Position numbers and translations under genes: made by a program. The notes below the pieces were generated by a model. The model saw only the letters and a list, made by a program, of their open reading frames with translations, was not told the origin of the DNA and made no database searches. From assembly GCA_963662335.2 (NCBI GenBank), contig CAXXVD010000005.1, positions 224,001 through 288,000 on the forward strand: a stretch of 64,000 nt of DNA, given 5' to 3'. Shown one piece after another: positions 17,631 to 26,943 of this stretch (its first letter is position 1; the number at the start of each line of letters is the position of its first letter). Source of the DNA: Chloroflexota bacterium. GTDB taxonomy: Bacteria; Chloroflexota; UBA11872; VXOZ01.

Positions 17631-19007
17631 CTAGTGATGGCCGAGATGCCAATCCAGCAGTTGCCGCTCCAACGCCGCCACTACGCCGCGGAGCGAGGCG
17701 TCATGGTAGCGGTTGCGCAGTTCCCACGGGTCCGCGCGCAGGTCGTAGAGTTCGTTGTGCTCATGCCCCGGCGTGTAGACCAGTTTCCAATCCGGCGTGC
17801 GCACCATGGTGGAAATCTCGGTCTGGCGGCCGCTGGCGGGAGGCCCGAACGGCAGATTGTTGCCGCGCGCGGGATCGTCCACCATGCCGGCGGGAAACGC
17901 GCCGACCTCGGCAAACGCCACGCCGCGCGGGCGCTCCTTGCCCTCCCAGACCGGCGCGAACGAGCGGCCGTGCATATTCTCAGGCGCTTCAATGCCCACC
18001 CAGTCCAACACGGTAGGGGCGACGTTCGTCGAGTCGGTAATCTCGGCTATGCGCTCGCCCTGGGGAACCAGGGTGTCCGGCCCGGCGATGAGCGCCGGCA
18101 CGCGCACCAAGCAGTCGTAGAGCGTGCAACTCTTGCCGAACATGCGGTGCTCGCCGGCGTAGTCGCCGTGGTCGGACGAGTAGATGATCACCGTGTTGTC
18201 CAGCAGGCCGCGCGCTTCCAGGAATGACAGCAGGCGCGCCACCTGGTCGTCCAGGTGATTGACCATGCCGTAGTAGACGGCCAGCGCCTTGCGCGTCTCC
18301 TCTTCGCCGGCGTCCCACGTGCCGCCGTCGCGCGCGGTCTGTTCCTGGGCCGGGGGCTTGCCGGCGTCCGGGCCTTCCACCGGCGGCAGGGAAATCCGCG
18401 CGGGGTCGTAGCGGGAGAAATACGGCTCCGGCGCGAAGAACGGCGGATGGGGATCCATGTAGGCCACGTGCAGGAAGAACGGCCTTTCCCGGCTGCACGC
18501 CGCGACGAAATTCATGCCAATCGTCGTCATGGCGCCGTTCAGGTCTTCGTCCGGCGGCAGCGGCACCTCGGCGAACATGTGCTGCACCCGCGCCGGCGCT
18601 TGCTGGACCAGTTCGCGCCGCAACCGGCTGCGCTCACCCAGCACGCCCTTACTTATGTCATGTTGAAACTCGAACCCGCGGCCCCCGCCGCCGCGCCCGC
18701 CGTGGAAGTGCCCCACCGCGCCGGTTTGGTAGCCCGCCTCGCGCAGCAGTTCCGCCAGCGTGACCTCGTAGTGCGGCAGCGTAAAGCCGTTGCCGTGCAC
18801 GCCAAGCGCGTGGGCGTAGCGGCCCGTCATCAGGATGCAGCGCGCGGGCAGGCAGAAGGGATGCGGCGTAAAGTAGTTCTCGAAGAGCGCGCCGCGCTGC
18901 GCCAGCGCCTCCAGCGCCGGCGTCTCGACGTCGGGATTCCCATAGAGCCCGAGGCTGGTCGCTTTCTGCTGGTCCGCCAGCAGCAGCACGATATTCGGCA
19001 ATGCCAT
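17631..19007 (-). CDS. Cys-type sulfatase
   Basis: PNIVLLLADQ, CLPAR (CxPxR), DPHPP, SDHGD, ELYDLRADPWE. Confidence 0.93.
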   Translation of the reverse strand: MALPNIVLLLADQQKATSLGLYGNPDVETPALEALAQRGALFENYFTPHPFCLPARCILMTGRYAHALGVHGNGFTLPHYEVTLAELLREAGYQTGAVGHFHGGRGGGGRGFEFQHDISKGVLGERSRLRRELVQQAPARVQHMFAEVPLPPDEDLNGAMTTIGMNFVAACSRERPFFLHVAYMDPHPPFFAPEPYFSRYDPARISLPPVEGPDAGKPPAQEQTARDGGTWDAGEEETRKALAVYYGMVNHLDDQVARLLSFLEARGLLDNTVIIYSSDHGDYAGEHRMFGKSCTLYDCLVRVPALIAGPDTLVPQGERIAEITDSTNVAPTVLDWVGIEAPENMHGRSFAPVWEGKERPRGVAFAEVGAFPAGMVDDPARGNNLPFGPPASGRQTEISTMVRTPDWKLVYTPGHEHNELYDLRADPWELRNRYHDASLRGVVAALERQLLDWHLGHH

Positions 19008-19128
19008 AGTTCGCCTCTCCCTGTGCGGCCCGGCACCGGACGTTCGCCGGATTGCGCCAACCGCCAACAAAAGAACCGGGGGATTGCCCCGGTTAGTCGG
19101 ACGCCGCCGGGAAACACAGCCCGCCCGT

Positions 19129-19788
19129 TCAGTCCGCGCTCTTCCCGCTCGCGTCCATGTGCGCCAGCAGCGCGCTCGCCCAGTGCGCGCGGCGCAGGCG
19201 GGCCGCCTCCGGGCTAAACCCCGCCGGCTCGCCGGCGAACAGCCGTTCCAGGCGCGCGTGGTCTCCCTGGAGGAAGAGCCGCACCTTCATGACGCCGTAC
19301 GCGTACTCGGGATGGTTCTCCGCCAGGTAGGCGAATATCGAACCGGACTGCCGTTCGAACCGCTCCTTGTTCCCGGCGGTGAGCACCAGCGTTTCCGTTT
19401 CCTGCAGGATGTTGCGCGGCGCGATGCGCACCCGGCTGGCGATGTCCTGCACCGACAGGCCTTGCTCCTGGGCCAATTCCCGGAAGCGCAACACGACTTC
19501 ATCGTCGCTCAAGCCGTGCACCTCGGTCTGTGGCTGCCGCGACTCGAGATTCTGGCGAATACTGTCCCAGTCGATCTCCAGGTGCGGGTAGAGTTCGGAC
19601 ATCTCAAGCTGGAGATCGGTGGTGACGCGCGGCCGCTCGCCCAGGTACGCCAAGAACTGGGTGCGGGTGCCCAGGTCATCAACGATGTCCCGCACCAGCC
19701 ACGCGACCCAGAGATTAGTCTCTTTCCGTCCCGCGATGGCTTCGGGCACCCACTTTATGTAGACGTTCTCGCGCGCTGAATCCGGCAC
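19129..19788 (-). CDS. Hypothetical protein with a central HTH-like segment
   Basis: GTG start just after the infC stop; FRELAQEQGLSVQDIASRVRIAPRNIL resembles an XRE-type HTH. Confidence 0.7.
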   Translation of the reverse strand: MPDSARENVYIKWVPEAIAGRKETNLWVAWLVRDIVDDLGTRTQFLAYLGERPRVTTDLQLEMSELYPHLEIDWDSIRQNLESRQPQTEVHGLSDDEVVLRFRELAQEQGLSVQDIASRVRIAPRNILQETETLVLTAGNKERFERQSGSIFAYLAENHPEYAYGVMKVRLFLQGDHARLERLFAGEPAGFSPEAARLRRAHWASALLAHMDASGKSAD

Positions 19789-19802
19789 CGTGCCGCCGCT
19801 TC

Positions 19803-20372
19803 CTACTCCTCCGACTCTTCTTTCGCCTTGGTTGCCGTCCCGTCGCCACGCGCTCGCCGGGCTTGGGGCCGCGGGCTCAGGTAGGTCGTAAGCTGATTCC
19901 CTTCCATGATCGGCCTCCGCTCCACCACGGCCACGTCCTCCACCCGCTCCAGGACGCGGCGCAACACGTCGTGGCCGTGCTCCGGATGGGCCATTTGCCG
20001 CCGGAGAAAGCGCACGAACGCCTTGACCTTATGGCCCTCTGCCAAGAACCTGGTGATGCGGTCCACACGATAGTCGATATCGTGCTTATCCATAACCGGG
20101 CTGAACCGCACCTCTTTCAACGTGGAGGCGGCGCGATTCTTGCGTGAATTGCGCTCCTCCTTGGTCTGGCGGTACTTGTACTTCCCGTAGTCCATGAGTC
20201 GGCACACCGGCGGGGAAGCGTTTGGCGAAACCTCGACCAAGTCCACGCCCCGGTCTTGAGCCAGCGCAAGCGCCTGCTCGAGCGCCAGAATGCCGACTTG
20301 CTCTCCGTCTTCATCGATTACGCGGATTTCGCGTGCCCGAATCTCGCGATTGCTGCGCGCCTCTTTGACTAT
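19803..20372 (-). CDS. infC: Translation initiation factor IF-3 (ATA start)
   Basis: GAGGAGG-8 nt-ATA GTC AAA GAG... gives KEARSNREIRAREIRVIDEDGEQVGI...DLVEVSPNASPPVCRLMDYGKYKY...KEVRF. Confidence 0.95.
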   Translation of the reverse strand: MVKEARSNREIRAREIRVIDEDGEQVGILALEQALALAQDRGVDLVEVSPNASPPVCRLMDYGKYKYRQTKEERNSRKNRAASTLKEVRFSPVMDKHDIDYRVDRITRFLAEGHKVKAFVRFLRRQMAHPEHGHDVLRRVLERVEDVAVVERRPIMEGNQLTTYLSPRPQARRARGDGTATKAKEESEE

Positions 20373-20457
20373 AGTTCATTCCTCCTCGATACCTTCTACC
20401 AGAGTCTCGCAGGAATATACCATATCGAAATGTCAAGAAGCAAGACCCCGTGCCCTG

Positions 20458-21522
20458 CTAGTGTGCGCGGCTGCGAGGCCCGGCTCCCGCGCTCCCGGCC
20501 GGCATGGCGTCATTCGACCGCACCGCAAGCGCGCGGCCCTGGGTTGCCGGCAGGCCGCCGCGAGCCTCACCGGGCCTTGCCTGCGCCGGAAACGCGCCGC
20601 GCACCCGCACGGCCAGCGCGCGCTTCAGCACGAGGCCGCGCTCGGTTTCGCCAAAACCGCACCCGATGAGCGCCTGGGTAACGTCCGCCGCGTGGACCGG
20701 TACCCTGGACCACACGGCGGCGCTGCCGCGGTCATGGGCGTGGCTCAACGCGGTAGCAACAAGGTCTCGCGCCAGGTCTCCCTGGCCCGGCGCCACGCCT
20801 ATCTGGGCGCGAAGTTCGCTATTTCGGCTCCGTGACTCCGTGAGCCAACCGGTCAAGCCGTTTTCACCCTCGACTACCCAGCGGGTAGCCTGGAACGAAA
20901 GCCGCGACGAACTCCGGCCCAATTGCCAGTCTCGCGCCGTGCGCCCTTCCGCGAGGCGCACCATCTGCGGTGTTGCGCGCAGATAGAGTTGGTGCAGCGG
21001 CCAGGCGTCTCGCTTCTCCTGCAAGCGCAGGCCGGGCACGTCCGGCGCCAATGCGGCGCGCGGCACGGGCCGCGCAAACGTGCGCTCCTCCGTCACAACG
21101 GAGAACCCCGCGCGCTGAAAAGAGGCCGCAAGCCAACCGCGCGCCGGCACGCGCGCGACAATACCCGTAATGCGCTGCGCCCCGGCAACGCGGCACACTT
21201 CATCGAGGAGCGGCGAGAGCCACGCGCTGGCCGCGCCGGTGGGAGCGGGCGCCTCTCGCCACAGCCCGGCCACCGCCACGAACATCATCTCCCACTGCTC
21301 GCGCCCGGACTGCCGCGCCACCTGCGCCACGGCCACCGCCCGGCGTCCTTCCCATACTGCCACCGTGCAGGATTTCGGCGTGACCGTGCCCAGCAGCAAC
21401 CCCATTGTTGGCGACCACGGCGCATCCGCCGTAACGAGCGACGCTCCCGCGTTGCGCTGCAAGCGCCAGGCCTGCAGGAACCGGAGAGCATCGTGTCGTT
21501 TGACTTCAGCCGTATGAACCAT
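20458..21522 (-). CDS. Hypothetical protein, possible tandem GNAT-like fold
   Basis: 354-aa ORF downstream of pdxT with two segments ending in GNAT-like motifs (FQRAGF, LIGCGF). Confidence 0.65.
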   Translation of the reverse strand: MVHTAEVKRHDALRFLQAWRLQRNAGASLVTADAPWSPTMGLLLGTVTPKSCTVAVWEGRRAVAVAQVARQSGREQWEMMFVAVAGLWREAPAPTGAASAWLSPLLDEVCRVAGAQRITGIVARVPARGWLAASFQRAGFSVVTEERTFARPVPRAALAPDVPGLRLQEKRDAWPLHQLYLRATPQMVRLAEGRTARDWQLGRSSSRLSFQATRWVVEGENGLTGWLTESRSRNSELRAQIGVAPGQGDLARDLVATALSHAHDRGSAAVWSRVPVHAADVTQALIGCGFGETERGLVLKRALAVRVRGAFPAQARPGEARGGLPATQGRALAVRSNDAMPAGSAGAGPRSRAH

Positions 21523-21585
21523 CTCATGCCACGTTTCGCGACGGCGCGGCGAGTTGCCGCGGCTTTCCTCCAGGCGGCCGGGGCC

Positions 21586-22173
21586 TTACGCGCTCACCTG
21601 CGCGCACAGCGTCAGGAAGTAGCGGTGCAAGCGGCGGTCGGCCACGATCTCCGGGTGAAAAGCGGTGGCGAGCACGGCGTCCTGCTGAATGGCGACCATA
21701 CCGCCGGTGGACGGCAGGCGGCCCAGCACCTCCACGTTCGGCCCAACGGCCTCCACCACCGGCGCGCGGATGAAGACCGCGGGAAACGGCCCCCCGTCCA
21801 GGCAGCGCAGCGGCACGTCGGCCTCGAAGCTATCCACCTGGCTGCCGTAGGCATTGCGCCGGATGCGCGTATCCATGACCGCGAGGAGCGGCTGTTCGTG
21901 CGCGCCAATGTCCTTCGAGAGCAGAATCATGCCGGCGCAGGTGCCCCACGCCGCCAACTGCCCAGCCAGGATGCGCTCGCGAATAGGCGCCACCAAGTCG
22001 TAGAGCACCATCAGCTTGCGGATGGTGGTGCTCTCACCGCCGGGGATGATCAACCCTTGCACGTCCGCCAGGTCTCGGGGCAGTTTTACCGGATGAGCTT
22101 CTACCCCCAAGTCGGCAAGCGCGGTCACGTGCTCGCGCACGTCGCCCTGAAGCGCCAGCACACCGACGTTCAT
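21586..22173 (-). CDS. pdxT: PLP synthase glutaminase subunit
   Basis: GVLALQGD, IPGGESTT, GTCAG, RNAYGSQVDSFE, FIRAP, FHPE. Confidence 0.97.
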   Translation of the reverse strand: MNVGVLALQGDVREHVTALADLGVEAHPVKLPRDLADVQGLIIPGGESTTIRKLMVLYDLVAPIRERILAGQLAAWGTCAGMILLSKDIGAHEQPLLAVMDTRIRRNAYGSQVDSFEADVPLRCLDGGPFPAVFIRAPVVEAVGPNVEVLGRLPSTGGMVAIQQDAVLATAFHPEIVADRRLHRYFLTLCAQVSA

Positions 22174-22180
22174 GCCGTCC

Positions 22181-23062
22181 CTACCACCCTCGCACCGCAA
22201 GCAGTTCTTCACTGGGCATCGAGCGCACGTCCAGTCCCGACATCGGCTCGCCCAGACCGCGCGAGACTTCGGCAACGATCTGCGGATCCTGATAGTGGGT
22301 CGTGGCCTTGACGATGGCGGCGGCCCGGATTGCCGGGTCTTCCGACTTGAAGATGCCGGAACCGACGAAGTTGCCGTCGCAGCCGAGTTGCATCATGAGC
22401 GCCGCGTCGGCCGGCGTGGCGATGCCTCCGGCCGAGAAATTGACTACGGGCAGGGCGCCGCGTTCCGCCACTTCCACGACGAGCGAGTACGGCGCGCCCA
22501 GTTCCTTCGCCTCTGCCATGAGTTCTTCCGTGCGCATGTTCTGCAGGCGGCGAAAGGCGCCGCCGACGGCGCGAATGTGCCGCACGGCCTCCACCACGTT
22601 GCCGGTGCCGGCCTCACCCTTGGTGCGAATCATGGCCGCGCCCTCGCCAATGCGGCGCAGGGCTTCGCCCAGGTCGCGCGCGCCGCAGACGAAGGGAATG
22701 GTGAAACTGTGCTTCTCGATGTGATGCTCTTCATCGGCCGGCGTCAGCACTTCCGATTCGTCGATGTAATCGATGCCGAGGGCCTCGAGCACCTGGGCCT
22801 CGACGAAGTGGCCGATGCGGCACTTGGCCATGACCGGAATGGTGACCGCATGCTTGATTTGCGACACGAGCTCGGGATCGGACATGCGCGCAACGCCGCC
22901 CTGGGCACGAATGTCGGCCGGCACCCGCTCCAGCGCCATCACGGCTACCGCGCCGGCATCCTCGGCGATTCGCGCCTGCTCAGGCGTGACTACGTCCATG
23001 ATGACGCCGCCCTTGAGCATCTGCGCCATGCCGCTCTTAACTCGCCACGTACCTGTTTCCAT
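22181..23062 (-). CDS. pdxS: PLP synthase lyase subunit
   Basis: [48 protein letters not shown]. Confidence 0.98.
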   Translation of the reverse strand: METGTWRVKSGMAQMLKGGVIMDVVTPEQARIAEDAGAVAVMALERVPADIRAQGGVARMSDPELVSQIKHAVTIPVMAKCRIGHFVEAQVLEALGIDYIDESEVLTPADEEHHIEKHSFTIPFVCGARDLGEALRRIGEGAAMIRTKGEAGTGNVVEAVRHIRAVGGAFRRLQNMRTEELMAEAKELGAPYSLVVEVAERGALPVVNFSAGGIATPADAALMMQLGCDGNFVGSGIFKSEDPAIRAAAIVKATTHYQDPQIVAEVSRGLGEPMSGLDVRSMPSEELLAVRGW

Positions 23063-23118
23063 AGTTTCCGCCTCTAGGTCTGCTACGCCTTACCCACGTG
23101 TCCGGCTATTCATCCTCA

Positions 23119-23147
23119 ATGGTACCTACACATGCCTGTCTCGGCAA
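23119..23147 (-). promoter_or_regulatory. Putative pdxS promoter
   Basis: Minus strand TTGCCG-17 nt-TACCAT. Confidence 0.5.
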
Positions 23148-23274
23148 GAGGGCGGCACCTTCCCGCCGCACCCGGGGAAAGAGCAACCCCCGCTTTCACC
23201 CCGGCCCGCTCTCACGTTAGAAAGGGGGATTGTACCGCTTTCACGTGGGGTTGCGCCAGGTCTGCCAACGAGAC
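23133..23274 (+). ncRNA. Candidate structured non-coding RNA of unassigned family
   Basis: Closing stem, three internal hairpins and a loop with two alternative complementary partners; G-U pairs favour the + strand. Confidence 0.55.
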
Positions 23275-23281
23275 TGCGGGT

Positions 23282-23310
23282 TTGATAGAGAGCAATACAT
23301 CTGGTATAGT
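23282..23310 (+). promoter_or_regulatory. Sigma70-type promoter for the 23375 gene
   Basis: TTGATA-17 nt-TATAGT with an extended -10 TG. Confidence 0.7.
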
Positions 23311-23374
23311 GATGCGCCAGTAGACGCCGCACTACGTACGCGGTACGGCTCATTCAGAAGGGTACAGAGTTCTC

Positions 23375-25378
23375 GTGCTGACCGTACAGATGGGCCAGGC
23401 TGCGTTGGTTGGCGATCGGCGCCTGGCGAACAGCCCATGGGCGCATACGTTCCAGGATGCCTCGTCGGACGTAGACCGGGGCGCTCTCTACCTAAACATT
23501 GAGGGTGTCGATGAAGAAACGGCGCACGCCGTAACACAGGAAATCGCGCGCGTCTACTTCGAGAGCGTGTCCGTAAGCACGGAAACCGCGCTGCTGCGCA
23601 GTGTAAAGCACGCGTACCGCCACCTCTACGAGGCGGGTGTGGACATCCCGCTTGCCGAAGTCGGGTTGACTGCCGTCCTTATGCTGGATGACCGCGCTTC
23701 CATCGCGCAGGCGCTCCCCACGCAATTCTACCTGATACAAGACGAACAGATCACCGCTTTGCCCGATACCCAGGAGCGCCTGAGCGGGCCCGGCTCCGCG
23801 AGTCAGCCGCCGCCCCCAGACAGCCGCTATCCACAGTGGGAACCGCCGGTTGAGATGTTTCGCGCCACCCCCGACGCCCAGGACGTCGCCGCCCTCTGCA
23901 CGGACAACATCGGCGCGGCGCTGAGCGACGGCGAGGTGCGAGACATCGTTGGCCGTGGCGGCATCCAGTCCGCGGCCGAGAACCTGGTCGATACCGCGCG
24001 GCAGCGCGGCGAGCAGTTTGCCTCGGTTCTCCTGCTGCGCTTCGTCGCAGTCGAAGAGAAGACTGAACCGGCCGCGGAAGCCCCCGCCGAGCAGACACCG
24101 GACCGGGCCGGACCGCAAAAGAGCGGCAATCCGGTCGTTACGGTCTTGGGACTCTTGCTTGCCCTCGTAATGTTGGCGTGGTCGGTCGTGGCGTCGCCCT
24201 TTCGCCCTCGCTCCCGGGCCGCGGCATCATCCGGTAGGACGTCAACCGTGGCAACGGAGTCGACGATCGCGGGACGCGCCCCGTCGGGCCGGGCCCGCGG
24301 CCAGAGATTCAGCCGGCTTGCCGCCGGCGCGATCGTAATTCTGCTGCTCATTGCCCTTGTCATTGCCGCAAACGCGCTCTTTGGCGACCGGGACACGTCG
24401 AGCAGCGCAAGCGAAGTTGCGGCAACTACACCCCTGCCCCAGGTTACGGCCTCGCCGGCTCAGCCTACGGCCGTCGCCTCGCCCGCGCCGGCGGAGCCGA
24501 CACCGGCAGCCACGCCGGCGCCGCCCGCCACTCCCGAACCGGGCAGCGTGCTCCTCACGGCGTCGCAAGACCTCGTGCGCTTCGAGCCGGACGTGCAGCA
24601 GCCCGGGGAAATCTACGGCTTGGCTAACACTGTCTACGTCCTCGACCGCGCCAGCGGCGCCGTCTATCGCATCGGCTCGGACGGCAGCAACGACTTCGCC
24701 TATCAGCCCACGGGCGACGCCGGCAGCGCCGCCCGGCACATTACCGGCAGAGACGACGTAATCCAAATCCTCGATAGCGCCAACCGGCTGTTCCACGTCA
24801 CAAACGAAGAAGAATCGCCGCAGCCTGTGCAGTTGCCCACTGATTCCGTGGGGCAAACGCAGTCAACGGCGACCTACGACGAGAACTTCTACGTCCTCGA
24901 TACGGTTGGCAATGACGTGCTGCGTTTCCGGCCGGTTGGCAGCGGCGTCTACGCCGAGCCTGAAGGCTACTTTGGCGTCAACAGCGGGGTGGACTTGGCG
25001 CAAGCCACCGACCTTGCGATCGATGGTTCCGTCTTCATTCTGTTCAGCGACGGCGCCGTCAACCGCTACGTTTCGGGGGCGCGCTCTGAGTTTTCTCTGG
25101 CGAGCCTCCCCTCGCCTCTGGGCACGCCCGGCGCAATCTTCATCAGCCAGGGCATGGGATCGCTCTACATTCTCGACGGGGACAATGACCGCATCCTGCA
25201 AGTGACAACCGAGGGCGTCTTCCAGCGGCAGTTCCTCGCGCCCAACCGCATAATCGCCAACGCGGTAGATCTGTATGTCAACGCGGAAGAAACGTCACTC
25301 TGGCTCGTCAGCCCCACCGGCGTCACGCGCTTCCCGCTGCCGTCTCTGCCGGAGGACGCGCCCCGATCCTCTGCGTGA
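23375..25378 (+). CDS. Membrane protein: degenerate PP2C-like domain, hydrophobic helices, Pro/Ala linker, NHL-like beta-propeller
   Basis: LCTDNIG...LSDGEV...AAENLVDTA (PP2C-like); two hydrophobic stretches; repeated YVLD/YILD/DLAID blades. Confidence 0.8.
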   Translation: MLTVQMGQAALVGDRRLANSPWAHTFQDASSDVDRGALYLNIEGVDEETAHAVTQEIARVYFESVSVSTETALLRSVKHAYRHLYEAGVDIPLAEVGLTAVLMLDDRASIAQALPTQFYLIQDEQITALPDTQERLSGPGSASQPPPPDSRYPQWEPPVEMFRATPDAQDVAALCTDNIGAALSDGEVRDIVGRGGIQSAAENLVDTARQRGEQFASVLLLRFVAVEEKTEPAAEAPAEQTPDRAGPQKSGNPVVTVLGLLLALVMLAWSVVASPFRPRSRAAASSGRTSTVATESTIAGRAPSGRARGQRFSRLAAGAIVILLLIALVIAANALFGDRDTSSSASEVAATTPLPQVTASPAQPTAVASPAPAEPTPAATPAPPATPEPGSVLLTASQDLVRFEPDVQQPGEIYGLANTVYVLDRASGAVYRIGSDGSNDFAYQPTGDAGSAARHITGRDDVIQILDSANRLFHVTNEEESPQPVQLPTDSVGQTQSTATYDENFYVLDTVGNDVLRFRPVGSGVYAEPEGYFGVNSGVDLAQATDLAIDGSVFILFSDGAVNRYVSGARSEFSLASLPSPLGTPGAIFISQGMGSLYILDGDNDRILQVTTEGVFQRQFLAPNRIIANAVDLYVNAEETSLWLVSPTGVTRFPLPSLPEDAPRSSA

Positions 25379-25529
25379 AAGATGGAGCCGGGCCGTACTG
25401 GTGCCGCCTCTATGCGGCTTCTCGCCGCAGCCGTTTCGCTGACTGGCAGCTTCACGTTGAGGGTGCGCCCGCATCTTCCGCGCTCTTCCATCCGGTTTGC
25501 CGCCAATGCGCCCAAGGAGCCTCCAGACC

Positions 25530-26807
25530 ATGTTCTACGATGAAGCCCGCATATTCGTCAAAGGCGGCAAGGGCGGAAACGGCATGGCCCACTTCCACCG
25601 CGAGAAGTTTCGTCCCCGCGGCGGGCCGGACGGCGGTGACGGCGGGCGCGGCGGCAGCGTCTACCTGGCAGTCGACCCCAGCCTCAACAGTCTCCTCTTC
25701 CTGCACCGCACACACCGCTTCGTCGCCGAGCCGGGCAAGCCCGGCGGCACGAACCGCAAGCAGGGCGCCGCCGGCCGCGACGTCCAGGCCTGGGCGCCGC
25801 CCGGCACAATCGTGACCGACGCGGCCTCCGGCGAGGTCATCGCGGACTTGCGCGGCCCCGGCGACCGGGTGCTGGCGGCGCGGGGCGGCCGGGGCGGGCT
25901 GGGCAACGTGCACTTTGCCACCTCGACCCGCCAGGCGCCCCACTTTGCCCAAAAGGGTGAGCCCCCTGAGGAACGCTGGCTCGACCTGGAACTGCAACTC
26001 ATTGCCGACGTGGGCATCGTCGGCATGCCCAACGCCGGCAAGTCGTCGCTCCTGGCGCGCATTAGCGCCGCGCGGCCCAGAGTCGCCGCCTATCCTTTCA
26101 CCACGCTGCAACCGGAGCTTGGCGTGGCGCAGCGCGGCGCCGCGACGCTCGTGTTTGCCGACATCCCCGGCCTCATTGCCGGGGCGCATAGCGGCGCCGG
26201 CCTCGGACACACCTTTCTGCGCCACATCCAGCGCACGCGCCTCCTGCTGCACCTCGTCGATTGCGCCTCGCCGGAGGGCCACGATCCCGTCGCGGTCTTT
26301 CGCCAGGTAAACGACGAACTCCGCCAATTCGACCCGACCCTGCTGGACCGGCCGCAGATCGTGGCGCTCAATAAGCTGGACGTTACCGAGGCGCGGGCGC
26401 GGTTCGCAGCCGCCAAACCGGCAATCGAGGCCGCGGGCTATGCCGTGGCCGGCATCTCGGCCGTTACCGGCCAGGGCCTCGACGAACTCATGGGCACGGT
26501 CTTTCGCGCCCACCAAGACGCGCCGCTCCCCCAAGCGGAACCGGTTGCCGTTGCCGTCCCCGCGGTCGCCGTCCCCGTCCACGAGGACTTTGCCGTCGCG
26601 CGCCGCGCTGACGCCTACGTCGTCACGGGCAAAGCGGTGGAACGCCTGGCCGCGATGGCCGACCTCTCCACGCTCGACGGCGTGCTCTACTTCCAGCGCC
26701 GCCTCGATCGATTGGGCGTCACCGCCGCGCTGGAAAACGCCGGCGCGCGGCCCGGCAGCACCGTCATCATCGGCCCCTTGGAGCTTGAGTGGCAGGCCGA
26801 ACGCTAG
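25530..26807 (+). CDS. obgE: GTPase ObgE
   Basis: MFYDEA, GGPDGGDGGRGG, GMPNAGKS, YPFTTL, DIPG, NKLD; C-terminal extension. Confidence 0.97.
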   Translation: MFYDEARIFVKGGKGGNGMAHFHREKFRPRGGPDGGDGGRGGSVYLAVDPSLNSLLFLHRTHRFVAEPGKPGGTNRKQGAAGRDVQAWAPPGTIVTDAASGEVIADLRGPGDRVLAARGGRGGLGNVHFATSTRQAPHFAQKGEPPEERWLDLELQLIADVGIVGMPNAGKSSLLARISAARPRVAAYPFTTLQPELGVAQRGAATLVFADIPGLIAGAHSGAGLGHTFLRHIQRTRLLLHLVDCASPEGHDPVAVFRQVNDELRQFDPTLLDRPQIVALNKLDVTEARARFAAAKPAIEAAGYAVAGISAVTGQGLDELMGTVFRAHQDAPLPQAEPVAVAVPAVAVPVHEDFAVARRADAYVVTGKAVERLAAMADLSTLDGVLYFQRRLDRLGVTAALENAGARPGSTVIIGPLELEWQAER

Positions 26808-26842
26808 CCGCCACCCCCGCCAAAGCCGGCCGCCGCGCGTTC

Positions 26843-26871
26843 TTGAAGAACAGCCTCACTTTTCTTACAAT
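26843..26871 (+). promoter_or_regulatory. Putative promoter for the response regulator
   Basis: TTGAAG-17 nt-TACAAT. Confidence 0.5.
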
Positions 26872-26943
26872 AGTTAACGGCAATTACGACACGTCGGTAC
26901 AAAGTCCGCCGCCAATGCCGGTTGCAACAAGGAAGGAACCACA

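Noticed and set aside
23133-23274. Assignment as SRP RNA, 6S RNA, or a TPP, cobalamin or lysine riboswitch
   Set aside because: Signature motifs were not found by eye; kept as an unassigned candidate
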